IMG/VR virus record: IMGVR_UViG_3300034053_000029 | Coordinates: 1-64,000 of that record | Reading direction: 5' to 3' (one strand) | Source: a virus | Taxonomy: Duplodnaviria; Caudoviricetes | DNA: 64,000 nucleotides | In this document: positions 29,111 through 38,254 of the stretch, piece by piece | Position numbering within the stretch: the first letter of the stretch is position 1 | Layout of the letters: every line of letters starts with the position of its first letter | Translations under genes and position numbers: made by a program | The notes under the pieces: generated by a model | Database searches by the model: none | Seen by the model: the letters and a program-made list of their open reading frames with translations, nothing else | Told to the model about the DNA's origin: nothing

Positions 29111-29500
29111 CTATGAAAATTTTAGCGTGATCATGAAGGCATCTTCTTCGGAATCTGTACCAACAAAGACACAATCGCAGTCTCCAAGACCGTTTATATG
29201 AAATTCACCATTTAACCAGACACCACGCTCAAAAAGATATATTCCTTTACCTAACCCCATATAGGGCAACGCCTCGTCGCTTAGTTCCCATGCCCTCGTA
29301 TTTGCAGTATTGAACCATTTTTTATAATCTACGCAGATGACATATTTGAACTTTAAGCAATCTGTTATTTTGATTCCACTTGGTTTGTACTTTGTGATTC
29401 GCCATCTTTCATAACGAATTTGTTCAATAGAATTTCCTGTTGCCTTTGAAAGCAACCAATCCTTGAAGTGTCGACTTACACTAGCCCACTTTTCTTTCAT
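29111..29500 (-). CDS. LKW-family protein
   Basis: DSEEDAFMITLKFS. Confidence 0.7.
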   Translation of the reverse strand: MKEKWASVSRHFKDWLLSKATGNSIEQIRYERWRITKYKPSGIKITDCLKFKYVICVDYKKWFNTANTRAWELSDEALPYMGLGKGIYLFERGVWLNGEFHINGLGDCDCVFVGTDSEEDAFMITLKFS

Positions 29501-29808
29501 GTCCATTTTAGTAGCAACATCAGTAAGTTTTCTTCTTGGAATCCGAGTATTTCTGCTCTATGATTTACCGTTCTCACATAGCAACCTTGCTCGAATAACC
29601 AAGAGTCGAATTGTAGTCGTTTGTGTCCTTTAGATGGAACGTCGACCAAGTGAGTTTCCCACACTCGTCGCCCATTGTCAGTTTGAATATGATCATTACA
29701 CCATCTATTCCAAATGCGATCTGCAACAGTTAGTTCTCTTCTCACTTTCATCTTCTCCAATGCTGATCTTGATCTAAACGATCCTATGTTTATCTTTTTC
29801 TTGGTCAT
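29497..29808 (-). CDS. LKW-family small protein
   Basis: FQEENLLMLLLKWT. Confidence 0.7.
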   Translation of the reverse strand: MTKKKINIGSFRSRSALEKMKVRRELTVADRIWNRWCNDHIQTDNGRRVWETHLVDVPSKGHKRLQFDSWLFEQGCYVRTVNHRAEILGFQEENLLMLLLKWT

Positions 29809-30086
29809 GCGAATTTCAATACAAACATCATAATAGTTTCCTCCGGAACATCATCACTAAATTCTATGTGTGCTGAATAATCATCATATGCAGTTTTGTT
29901 GATTGCCCACTTATCATTTATTGATCTTCGATACTCACCATCTAACGTAGGTGCTGCTTCCTCTATATTATCTTCCAACCATGCAATAATCCTGTAGTTT
30001 CGCCACCGATCCTTTTTTGCCGTGAATCGTAGTGGTTCAACATCTTCAAGGGCGACATTACCCCAACACCATTCTACCGTTCTCAT
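29805..30086 (-). CDS. LKW-family small protein
   Basis: VPEETIMMFVLKFA. Confidence 0.7.
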   Translation of the reverse strand: MRTVEWCWGNVALEDVEPLRFTAKKDRWRNYRIIAWLEDNIEEAAPTLDGEYRRSINDKWAINKTAYDDYSAHIEFSDDVPEETIMMFVLKFA

Positions 30087-30268
30087 GACCACTTCAAAGC
30101 GAACAGAATCGCTTCTTCCTCTTTGTGAAACTGGTATAGCACTCTAGGATTGTTTGTGTCCATAACTTGAGTGTATGGTATATAACCGAAAGATTCTAAT
30201 GCCCAACCCATTCGAGACATTCTTTCACTCATGTTTTCTTTGAAAGGAACATAAACGTCATAACTCAT
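30083..30268 (-). CDS. LKW-family small protein
   Basis: FHKEEEAILFALKWS. Confidence 0.8.
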   Translation of the reverse strand: MSYDVYVPFKENMSERMSRMGWALESFGYIPYTQVMDTNNPRVLYQFHKEEEAILFALKWS

Positions 30269-30477
30269 AACCATTTCAATGAGAACATCATTGCCTTCTG
30301 ATCGTCATATATGAATATAGTCGAGAGAGTGAATCCCGAAGAATATTTACCTTCCCATACAGGAATCGTACCGTTCATTTGATCACCGAGATGTTCCACA
30401 CACCAAATAAGAACATCCTTATTTTCAACGTGCTGCTTTTGACATATTTCCCACACTGAAAATTGGTTAATTCCCAT
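30265..30477 (-). CDS. LKW-family small protein
   Basis: WCVEHLG...YDDQKAMMFSLKWL. Confidence 0.75.
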   Translation of the reverse strand: MGINQFSVWEICQKQHVENKDVLIWCVEHLGDQMNGTIPVWEGKYSSGFTLSTIFIYDDQKAMMFSLKWL

Positions 30478-30682
30478 TTACCCACCCCAATACAAACATC
30501 ATTTCCTCTTGAGTATCATCCTCATCGAAAATGACTTCTAATACTTCGTCGTTATTGAGTGAGAAATCAGATACGTCTGTTAGGTAACAAGCGACTTTGT
30601 TTTTGGTACACCAATCGATTGCACCCTTCAAGTCACTATTTCCGTCGCCTAAGTAATATTTCTTTTTGCTCATCCTCATCAT
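30467..30682 (-). CDS. LKW-family small protein
   Basis: DTQEEMMFVLGWV. Confidence 0.65.
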   Translation of the reverse strand: MMRMSKKKYYLGDGNSDLKGAIDWCTKNKVACYLTDVSDFSLNNDEVLEVIFDEDDTQEEMMFVLGWVNGN

Positions 30683-30906
30683 CCCCACTTCAAAACGAAT
30701 AGCATGAACTGCTGTTCATCGTTGAAATCAATATTTACTTCAGTTGCCCACTTATTCCAAATTATCGTTGCGTCATATTCTTTGAGTAGTTTTCTGACCG
30801 TCTGCCAGAATTCACTCTCGACACTTCGACTGTACTTGTATACTATATTCTTCCACCATTGCGGCGAAGTGCTGAGTGTAGTAATTGTAAAGTGTATCAC
30901 ATCCAT
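30679..30906 (-). CDS. LKW-family small protein
   Basis: FNDEQQFMLFVLKWG. Confidence 0.75.
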   Translation of the reverse strand: MDVIHFTITTLSTSPQWWKNIVYKYSRSVESEFWQTVRKLLKEYDATIIWNKWATEVNIDFNDEQQFMLFVLKWG

Positions 30907-31112
30907 CTCATTATAAACAATACCTTCGTTTCTTCGTCAGGGAACGTGATAGTCGCTCCTTCGACGATAACATTGTGGCTATCCAACCATTCGGAGAGTC
31001 CACCTTTCTCGTAACAATCTAACCACTTTCTGACTCCACCCTGTGTTACAAACCCAATTAATGTTGAGTGCCAAGGAACAACACCGTTTTCTGTAAAAGG
31101 AAATGTTATCAT
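30897..31112 (-). CDS. LKW-family small protein
   Basis: FPDEETKVLFIMRWM. Confidence 0.75.
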   Translation of the reverse strand: MITFPFTENGVVPWHSTLIGFVTQGGVRKWLDCYEKGGLSEWLDSHNVIVEGATITFPDEETKVLFIMRWM

Positions 31113-31279
31113 GTGAATTTCATCAAAATGAATACGCCAATTTCTTCACTGACCATCAACTTGTATCCTTCTCTCCAATACCAAGTTCCCATAGACGGTT
31201 CTGGATAGTTATCATTCAGAAATTCGATGATATTCTCAAACACATAATTGGGGAGTTCTTCGTAGTCGATCTCGTACAT
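31109..31279 (-). CDS. LKW-family small protein (56 aa, not in ORF track)
   Basis: MYEIDYEELP...VSEEIGVFILMKFT. Confidence 0.7.
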   Translation of the reverse strand: MYEIDYEELPNYVFENIIEFLNDNYPEPSMGTWYWREGYKLMVSEEIGVFILMKFT

Positions 31280-31280
31280 T

Positions 31281-31562
31281 TTATGCCCACTTCAATAAGA
31301 ACATCAGCATGTTTTCTTCAGAAGAAAAAACTATATATTTGTAGTTATTCATACCTAAAGTATCTACAACTGCTCTAAGAATCTTGCTATTATCTTCATC
31401 AATGATTTTCCCACCAAACCGATCCAACTCATCATCGAACGCTCTTCTCATTGATGCGAAAACAAATAAGTTCAAATTTTTGTTTATGAAGTTTGCTCTG
31501 ATAGCATCGTATGTTGATGAACACCAATGGATCGTGTTAGTCGATGAATTCATTTCCCTCAC
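31281..31562 (-). CDS. LKW-family small protein
   Basis: FSSEENMLMFLLKWA. Confidence 0.75.
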   Translation of the reverse strand: MREMNSSTNTIHWCSSTYDAIRANFINKNLNLFVFASMRRAFDDELDRFGGKIIDEDNSKILRAVVDTLGMNNYKYIVFSSEENMLMFLLKWA

Positions 31563-31746
31563 CTCCCCACTTCATCAGAAACATCACATACTCTTCTTTG
31601 GTCATTTTGAATGAATACTTCTCTGCTTCTTTTCCTACTTCACACTCAATACACCACGTTCTCATCTCATCCAGAAACACGCAGACGATGTATATTGTCT
31701 GGTTCGTATCGGGGTCGATGAATCTCATTTTTGTGTATAACATCAT
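31537..31746 (-). CDS. LKW-family small protein
   Basis: MTKEEYVMFLMKWGG. Confidence 0.7.
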   Translation of the reverse strand: MMLYTKMRFIDPDTNQTIYIVCVFLDEMRTWCIECEVGKEAEKYSFKMTKEEYVMFLMKWGGEGNEFID

Positions 31747-32057
31747 GCCCACTTCATTGTAAATAGAATAGCATCTTCCTTTGTGTTGAAACCCCACCAC
31801 TCTTCTTTTTTCGCAGAGTTGCTCATATAGCACAGAGGAAGTTTACTCAAATTGTTTTGACACCATTGCCAAAATGTGGGCGATGTGCTATTCAATCTAA
31901 CACCACGAATGAACACTTTGGTTAGGTAGAATGTTGGAACCCAACCGTCCCGTTTCTCAGGAATCCAAAGTGGGCAGTCATCTGCCGTTATATCCATTTT
32001 CCATCCACCATCATTGATGACGGTGTTAGCGTACTCGATAAATTCTTGTCGGTTCAT
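31743..32057 (-). CDS. LKW-family small protein
   Basis: FNTKEDAILFTMKWA. Confidence 0.8.
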   Translation of the reverse strand: MNRQEFIEYANTVINDGGWKMDITADDCPLWIPEKRDGWVPTFYLTKVFIRGVRLNSTSPTFWQWCQNNLSKLPLCYMSNSAKKEEWWGFNTKEDAILFTMKWA

Positions 32058-32302
32058 GAGTGTTTTAGTAAGTAAAATGCTAGTTTATCTGGATCGTCTG
32101 AGGCAATGAATATATCCCAACAACCATCTTCCTCTTCTATTATACAATAGTTACTGCCAAGAGGCAACGGAAAAAGTTCCCATAGTAGTTGGTACATAAA
32201 ATTATTTGTTTCATCATCATAAACGTATGAACCAATTGCCTCTCTCATATACCACACAATTTTTCTTGGGCATTTAAGTTCTGTAATCATACCTTTTTCC
32301 AA
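32054..32302 (-). CDS. LKW-family small protein
   Basis: DDPDKLAFYLLKHS. Confidence 0.6.
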   Translation of the reverse strand: MEKGMITELKCPRKIVWYMREAIGSYVYDDETNNFMYQLLWELFPLPLGSNYCIIEEEDGCWDIFIASDDPDKLAFYLLKHS

Positions 32303-32573
32303 ATTTTAATAAGAACAACATAGCGTGTTCATCTGGCAATTCAAACGAAATGATTGATCTGATTTCCCATGATGTATGATCTTGAAAATAGTCGAATGTT
32401 GGTTGGCACTCTTGCGGCATTTCTTGCTCGTTCATCCAATCGAACATTGGTTTAAGAATGTCCTTATGCCATTTCATTATTGTTTTGTGTTTACCATATT
32501 TGTCAGCAGAATCCCACTCTGGTTGCGACAAGTAAAAATCGTCCATAGGTGGGAGTGCGTACCTGACTTTCAC
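32274..32573 (-). CDS. LKW-family small protein
   Basis: LPDEHAMLFLLKFG. Confidence 0.7.
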   Translation of the reverse strand: MKVRYALPPMDDFYLSQPEWDSADKYGKHKTIMKWHKDILKPMFDWMNEQEMPQECQPTFDYFQDHTSWEIRSIISFELPDEHAMLFLLKFGKRYDYRT

Positions 32574-32947
32574 TTTGCCTCTGACATATATTTTAACAAA
32601 TACAATTGCTCTAGAGTGTCGTAGAAACTTTGATCAAGATCGGGAAACGACATAGCAACGACTTGATTAAGTTCTGAACTCAATACTCTTCGACATAATT
32701 CTTCTAGTTCTAGACCATCACGCAAGAGACCGGTCACTCGATAAGAACTACCACCAACACCTAAGAATGTGACTTCATCTGCCCCATTGGATATGGTTTG
32801 TTTTAATATCCAAAATAGCAGTCGGAATTGGTTGTTTGAATATTTGTCTACGACCCGTGGATCAAATCTGTGCAATGGAACTATCATAATGTTTTGACAT
32901 CTTATAAAGGAGATAGAAATTATTGAACGCTTCCATAGTTGCTGCAT
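32570..32947 (-). CDS. Small protein with LEQ..L.Y C-terminal helix
   Basis: FYDTLEQLYLLKYMS; start uncertain. Confidence 0.5.
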   Translation of the reverse strand: MQQLWKRSIISISFIRCQNIMIVPLHRFDPRVVDKYSNNQFRLLFWILKQTISNGADEVTFLGVGGSSYRVTGLLRDGLELEELCRRVLSSELNQVVAMSFPDLDQSFYDTLEQLYLLKYMSEAK

Positions 32948-33191
32948 TCATTTTATCACGATCTAACATATCACACAACTCTACAATTTCTTCTAATCGA
33001 ACTTTCGGTAATCTCAATTCAACCATAGTTACATATTGATCTTTTAGTACGACATCTGCATAATTGCCACCAAATTGACCATTCAAATGAATTTGCTCAT
33101 ATTGGCGTTGATCCTTCATACGAATATCAGTCACCGAATAATTTTGTATGAATCGGTCAAATGCGCTTCTATTCACGGAGCATAGCCTCAA
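32862..33191 (-). CDS. Small protein with C-terminal helix family motif
   Basis: NAATMEAFNNFYLLYKMSK. Confidence 0.55.
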   Translation of the reverse strand: MRLCSVNRSAFDRFIQNYSVTDIRMKDQRQYEQIHLNGQFGGNYADVVLKDQYVTMVELRLPKVRLEEIVELCDMLDRDKMNAATMEAFNNFYLLYKMSKHYDSSIAQI

Positions 33192-33570
33192 TTAATTTAA
33201 AATTTTCGTAAGCGATCTTCAACGCTTCCCACTTCTCAAGTTTAGCAGGATCGGGAACCAGAATCAATAGTCGTTCATTAATCCCCTCGAATGTCTTTTT
33301 GAGTGATTGACCATCCATGATAATGTCACCTTTTACTTCCAATGCGCTAGGAGTAATGTCTGCTGATGATATCGATAGTGTATGGTTAGTCAATGATCCG
33401 TTTGTGGTGTATATGAACGGCGTTGGTCCATTAGGTGGAGTGATGGTGTAAGTGCCAGTCGTAGTGGCATTCACCGACCCCGATACATTACTATGTGGGC
33501 TACCAAGACCGCCGCCTCCGGCACCTAGTATTGTGGTTGTCATGAAAACAATGCCCAATGGAGAAACCAT
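33169..33570 (-). CDS. Conserved phage protein with C-terminal helix family motif
   Basis: LEVKGDI..DG.SL...INERL.IL.PDP.KLEKWEALK.AYENFKL. Confidence 0.65.
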   Translation of the reverse strand: MVSPLGIVFMTTTILGAGGGGLGSPHSNVSGSVNATTTGTYTITPPNGPTPFIYTTNGSLTNHTLSISSADITPSALEVKGDIIMDGQSLKKTFEGINERLLILVPDPAKLEKWEALKIAYENFKLIEAMLRE

Positions 33571-33657
33571 ACCACCAATCCAACGATTGAAGAATATATC
33601 GCCATTAAAATTGCAACTTCATTAGGGGTCATTGGGTCATCCCAATGCTTTTCGTCA

Positions 33658-33840
33658 TCACTCATTTTTTAAATTCCTCAATCTATCCAGTTCTTCATGT
33701 AATTTATTTAATTCCTCTGCAGCCTCTTCTAACAGGTCTGCAATACGATCTGGCATACCTTCTTGTACGGACTTCCTCGTTGGAATCTGCCTACGGATTC
33801 TGGCACGTTCCTTGAGACGAAAGATCAGATCGTCTTTCAT
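33658..33840 (-). CDS. Conserved hypothetical phage protein
   Basis: RL.ERA.IRRQIPTRKSVQEG.PDRIADLLEEAA. Confidence 0.7.
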   Translation of the reverse strand: MKDDLIFRLKERARIRRQIPTRKSVQEGMPDRIADLLEEAAEELNKLHEELDRLRNLKNE

Positions 33841-34009
33841 TGTATGATATCTTCTCTTACAACACTAGCACGTTGTAATTGAATAGCATAAAGTGCTTTT
33901 AGTTGAGCAATGCTGTCCGAAGTATATCCAACAGGCCCAACTCGCAAATGTGCTAAAATTGATTCAATCGCAATTTGTAGTTCTTTGTTAGTCATTGTAT
34001 AGGTCATTA

Positions 34010-34216
34010 CTATTCCTCTTCGTGGTAAGCTCGACTCATGTCCTTCGCAGCAATAGCAGACTGCTCTAAGATTTTAGCGTAGGCAAGTGCCAATTCTGGT
34101 GACAACCACGTTGTTATTGCGCCACCTTCATTGGTTTCCAATTTGATAGTAACCATAGCATAATTGTCATTATGATTTACGTCAATTCCGATTAGCATTA
34201 TTTTATGTCCTCCCAA
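34010..34216 (-). CDS. Hypothetical protein
   Basis: ORF track. Confidence 0.5.
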   Translation of the reverse strand: MGGHKIMLIGIDVNHNDNYAMVTIKLETNEGGAITTWLSPELALAYAKILEQSAIAAKDMSRAYHEEE

Positions 34217-34392
34217 GTGAACCCAAGTATCAATCGCATCATAGTTCTATGAAACCAATTTGGTTTATAAAACACACTAAATTTAGTTGCATACGCTGGG
34301 TGCGATCCAGGAAACACCCAATATCCTTTTGGTTTAGGATAATCATTGAGTCCAATTGGTTTATTGTTATCCATCATTTGATGTTCCCACAT
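34198..34392 (-). CDS. Hypothetical protein
   Basis: KPNWFHR.MMRLILG.TW. Confidence 0.55.
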   Translation of the reverse strand: MWEHQMMDNNKPIGLNDYPKPKGYWVFPGSHPAYATKFSVFYKPNWFHRTMMRLILGFTWEDIK

Positions 34393-34530
34393 TCCTTAAT
34401 GTTTGGATTATGCTTCATAGCATCGTAGCAAGCAATTTGAACTTGCGCCTGTGTGTATTTCGTAAAAGATAATGCAGCAAACCCACCTATACCTATAATG
34501 AGAATACTCACAACGATAAGAACAAAATCA

Positions 34531-35652
34531 TTATTCATAATACTTCTCCAATAATTTCACACGTTGGCTCATGTCCATTGATTCAAATGCCTCGTAAACA
34601 CCAACCCCGTCCTTTCGTGCCTTAAACATAATCGGTGCAACCTTTCGATCCTTTACTAATAATGCAAAATCCTTTTGGGATTCGATTTTCTTATTCGCAC
34701 AATATACTTCAACTGCCTCATCTAGCAATTGACGCAGAGCATCTTCAATAGGATCAACGTATTCTTTGAACATCGGAAAATAAGTAAGCAGTTCGTCTTG
34801 TTCATTCATCAGCACCACTTCCATCATGCGTGATACTGACGGAACTCCATTACCACGAAGATGATGAACTGCCGCATACGTCTTGCTCTTGATCTTCACA
34901 CGCTCACCAGTATTATGATCGAATACGACGAAACCCTCTTGCAGGTTCGGCAATGAATCCGCCAACTTCACAAGATCGTCACCAGATGCCGCTTCATATC
35001 GCTGCGGCATACGGACATTCATCCACTCTGCAAAGAACGGAAAAGAACAGTCCGGAGATTCTTCCTTGCCAGTTTTGTTGTCGATTACGCCAAGAAAAAC
35101 CATGTGGAGTGATTCATATCGAGTAACGATTTGGTTCTCCGGACCTACGAACTCCATCAGGAAAGTTATACCATGATCAACGTCCGACATATTGCGTTGG
35201 AATTCATCGAATGAAACACCCATCGCTTTCAGAATCCAGTCCTTAAATTGACCACCAGAAGCAGTCATCGAGAATACGAAGTTGCCTTCCGCATACGCCA
35301 TCCCACGAGTGCCTATCTCCCAACGATTGTCCTCCGGCGACCAATAGATCATCACAAGAGTACCGTCTGCCTTTTCCCATACGGTGCAGTTAGAGAAGTC
35401 GAAGTCCTGCGTCCAACCCTGACCAAAATTATAGAATCGCTTGAACGGACGGCAGATCACCTTGGAACGATTTTGATCGTCTACCCAAAGCACAACGCCA
35501 CGACATTCATCGGAAATCGGATGGAAATTCGGTGAATCGATTTGTGAATAATTCAACTTCACATATCCATTCGGATAACGCTTGACTTCAACGCCAAGAT
35601 GCTCAGTTAGAGCATCTAAGCCATTATCAAATATGAATTCTTGAACTTTCAT
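34531..35652 (-). CDS. rnlA: RNA ligase 1 (T4 Rnl1-like)
   Basis: Motif I EKADGTL, TRG, MEFVGPEN.IV, EGFVV, VKIKS. Confidence 0.9.
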   Translation of the reverse strand: MKVQEFIFDNGLDALTEHLGVEVKRYPNGYVKLNYSQIDSPNFHPISDECRGVVLWVDDQNRSKVICRPFKRFYNFGQGWTQDFDFSNCTVWEKADGTLVMIYWSPEDNRWEIGTRGMAYAEGNFVFSMTASGGQFKDWILKAMGVSFDEFQRNMSDVDHGITFLMEFVGPENQIVTRYESLHMVFLGVIDNKTGKEESPDCSFPFFAEWMNVRMPQRYEAASGDDLVKLADSLPNLQEGFVVFDHNTGERVKIKSKTYAAVHHLRGNGVPSVSRMMEVVLMNEQDELLTYFPMFKEYVDPIEDALRQLLDEAVEVYCANKKIESQKDFALLVKDRKVAPIMFKARKDGVGVYEAFESMDMSQRVKLLEKYYE

Positions 35653-35952
35653 TTAATCCTCGTCTACTATGTGAGCAGCAAGACCGGCAACAAGTTTAGC
35701 AAACGTCTTAGCATCAACCCAAGAAGCAACATCGTCGTACTCCATTTCACATAATCCGAAAATCTGCATCCACACTTGCTTAGTGACGAAGTTGCCATCT
35801 TTGTCGATGATGGCAACTTCGACGTTGTGGCTCACACCATTTTCGCAAGTATTGGTGCATTGAATTGCAACACCATTGGAAAAGCTCAAAGTCAAATCAC
35901 CAAAATCGATGGTACAGTTATTAACAAACTCGTTTGTGCGAATCTTAAACAT
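35653..35952 (-). CDS. Conserved hypothetical phage protein
   Basis: F.NGVAI......VEVAI...DG.F.T...DDV..W. Confidence 0.6.
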   Translation of the reverse strand: MFKIRTNEFVNNCTIDFGDLTLSFSNGVAIQCTNTCENGVSHNVEVAIIDKDGNFVTKQVWMQIFGLCEMEYDDVASWVDAKTFAKLVAGLAAHIVDED

Positions 35953-36148
35953 TTTTGGTTTCTCCTACGAACACTACAGGACGATGCGGTAAGAAGTTAA
36001 TCGGATCAACACAGAGATTGCCATACATATCGGAACTGATATACATCTGAGTGTCGATGAACATATTGGCATTCATCCAACCATTACCAACGTGTGGTAC
36101 GTTCATCGTAATACGAGTAGCAACTGTAGGAGCGATTTTCATGATCAT
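35945..36148 (-). CDS. Hypothetical protein
   Basis: ORF track. Confidence 0.45.
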   Translation of the reverse strand: MIMKIAPTVATRITMNVPHVGNGWMNANMFIDTQMYISSDMYGNLCVDPINFLPHRPVVFVGETKNV

Positions 36149-36303
36149 TGTCCGTAACCGTTAAGAAAGTTAAGCATATCGTGATCTAGCGTATCAAAAT
36201 CTGTAACCCCACACATTTCTAGAATGTGCATACTCCATGCATTATCTAGCAAGCTATATCTGGATGTATATTTGTTAAACATTTTGAACACTCATGTATC
36301 AGT

Positions 36304-36344
36304 CGATGAGTGAATTATAAACGAACCAATCTAGAAGTCAACAA
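36304..36344 (-). promoter_or_regulatory. Early promoter, 41 nt identical to 13878-13918
   Basis: TTGACT-16-TATAAT exact duplicate. Confidence 0.8.
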
Positions 36345-36346
36345 CT

Positions 36347-36703
36347 TTAGTAACTCTTTGATTTCTTTACGATATTTCGTTGCTTTTCCCATACCCACCC
36401 AGTTGCTCGTTGGGTGTTATTGTATGAGGTTTGATCTTCGCTCCAAGTTTTCTTGCAATCTAGACACTTGAATTCGTACCAATACGAATCTGTGTGGGGA
36501 TCATAGTTGCCAGTGTTAGCACAAGCGGTTTGCTCTACGTTCATATGGGTACAATACCTCTCCTGGGTCGGTGTTGCTATCGGCGTTGGGTGATCCTTTT
36601 CGTACCTTATTAAGAGAGAATACAACCAGTGAGTATCAACTCCAGAGGTTGGGTAGTTCATATTGAACCAATCTTCAAAATTATCGTAGTCCATTTTATT
36701 CAT
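36347..36703 (-). CDS. Hypothetical protein
   Basis: C.H...CLDC.K.W. Confidence 0.6.
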   Translation of the reverse strand: MNKMDYDNFEDWFNMNYPTSGVDTHWLYSLLIRYEKDHPTPIATPTQERYCTHMNVEQTACANTGNYDPHTDSYWYEFKCLDCKKTWSEDQTSYNNTQRATGWVWEKQRNIVKKSKSY

Positions 36704-36933
36704 CCAAATTTTAACTTAAACATAATAGCGTCTTGTTCAAACTCAAACCAAAACGATCTTCCGTATTTGTGATATCTGCCGGTTATGATGTTTTCTAATA
36801 GCTCGGCCTCGCTACGACTGAACATCGGAAATGACTTGAAAGGATGACCGAATCTTACCATCGTCCAATCTCGGTCGTGGTTGATGCCAAGAAGGACAAT
36901 GTCCTCTAATGAAACGTGTTTAGTCATTTCCAC
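36700..36933 (-). CDS. LKW-family small protein (dispersed)
   Basis: FEFEQDAIMFKLKFG. Confidence 0.7.
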   Translation of the reverse strand: MEMTKHVSLEDIVLLGINHDRDWTMVRFGHPFKSFPMFSRSEAELLENIITGRYHKYGRSFWFEFEQDAIMFKLKFG

Positions 36934-37090
36934 TTCAACAAGTCAAATAAATTGTCAAAATACACTTTCACAATGTAATGTTTTTCTTGGTCGTCGTATC
37001 GTTCGTATACTGTTTTAGTTTCCTCGGCCCACCACATAAACTCTAATGCTTTGTATTTTGAGGTCAGGTCAACATCGGCAACTAATTTGG

Positions 37091-37282
37091 TCATTTCTTC
37101 TCAACAGGAACACCAACAACTTTACAATGTTGATCCCTTGGCAACGATTTCTCGCATTCAGCAATAGCAGTTTTATATCTACTCACACTTGAATCGGCAA
37201 ATCCAAGTAGTAACATTAGCAAAATGACACCAGTAAACATACCAATGATGAATGCATAGCCATTGCTATTCAACATACCCAA
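37091..37282 (-). CDS. Small membrane protein
   Basis: One TM; AIAECEKSLPRDQHC. Confidence 0.65.
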   Translation of the reverse strand: MGMLNSNGYAFIIGMFTGVILLMLLLGFADSSVSRYKTAIAECEKSLPRDQHCKVVGVPVEKK

Positions 37283-37679
37283 TCCTTTCCATAATTTCTT
37301 CCAGTGTCATCTTGCGTAGGTCATCTACATTGATGAATTGGTTATTCTTTACTTCTTCGTAAGCGAGTTTCTTACCTACTTCGAAACCAGTATTCCATCC
37401 GTCTTGTTTTGATTTACGATCCTCAGACGCTTCTGACCTAAGAAAGCGATGCGAACTAATCAAATTCTGAATGGTCATCTCCACCACGCCAAGTTCCTTG
37501 CGATATTCATCAAGTGCTTCCAACACTGGTCGAGAGTCCATTGCGTCGTAGTAGTAATCCTTATTCACCATTACTACATCGGCATTGCTGAATATTGCCG
37601 TAGGCGATATACCCTGATCGATATCCTTGAATGTTTGTAGGATCATTGTTTCGCTGTGTGGAATGTTCTTATTCGTCAT
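37266..37679 (-). CDS. Hypothetical protein
   Basis: ORF track. Confidence 0.6.
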   Translation of the reverse strand: MTNKNIPHSETMILQTFKDIDQGISPTAIFSNADVVMVNKDYYYDAMDSRPVLEALDEYRKELGVVEMTIQNLISSHRFLRSEASEDRKSKQDGWNTGFEVGKKLAYEEVKNNQFINVDDLRKMTLEEIMERIGYVE

Positions 37680-37926
37680 CTTTATTGTCCTCGTATTTCC
37701 TTAGAAATCCTTCTTCATACAATCGTTCTTGCAACCAATCGGAATCTTCGCCTTCGTTAATCTCATTGGCACACGCATACCATCCTTCTGCAAAAATGTC
37801 TTTGATCTCTTGTAGAGTAACACCTCTGAGTATCATAAAGCCAGCCCTTTGACCACCAACAAGTGAGGCAGTAAAAGCGTCAAAACTTTCGTCAAGAGTT
37901 CGATGCGATTTCACGGGCAACTCCAT
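37669..37926 (-). CDS. Hypothetical protein
   Basis: ORF track. Confidence 0.55.
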   Translation of the reverse strand: MELPVKSHRTLDESFDAFTASLVGGQRAGFMILRGVTLQEIKDIFAEGWYACANEINEGEDSDWLQERLYEEGFLRKYEDNKDDE

Positions 37927-38254
37927 TGCGGATTGATTGTAGAATTAGTGCTTCGGTATCAACTTTACTTTCATTGTTACAGTCATATTCGTTATACCAC
38001 CTGACTTCTTTTTCAGTGATCCACTCAGTCTTTTTCTTCTTGACTGAATCATACGAAGTGAATAAGCCAAAGAAACTTTTTCGCTTTTCTACTGTCCATC
38101 CTTTGAACTCTACTTCAAACTCGATATAACCGTTGTCCCACATTCGCCACTTGCCGGTTGGTTTGCATTCAGAATCGTCGACCCACTTACCCAACGGATA
38201 ATTGATCGTCCAATTTGGCATGCCAACATTTACATAAAATTCTGTGGTCATCAT
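37892..38254 (-). CDS. Hypothetical protein
   Basis: ORF track. Confidence 0.55.
   Translation of the reverse strand: MMTTEFYVNVGMPNWTINYPLGKWVDDSECKPTGKWRMWDNGYIEFEVEFKGWTVEKRKSFFGLFTSYDSVKKKKTEWITEKEVRWYNEYDCNNESKVDTEALILQSIRNGVAREIASNS

Larger units (their letters stand above)
29111..32573 (-). repeat. Tandem array 3 of LKW-family paralogues (14 genes)
   Basis: Contiguous, mostly ATGA/TAATG-coupled. Confidence 0.85.

Noticed and set aside
21502-32573. LKW arrays as a diversity-generating retroelement or integron
   Set aside because: No reverse transcriptase, template/variable repeat pair, integrase or attC-like palindromes in this window; divergence is not adenine-restricted.
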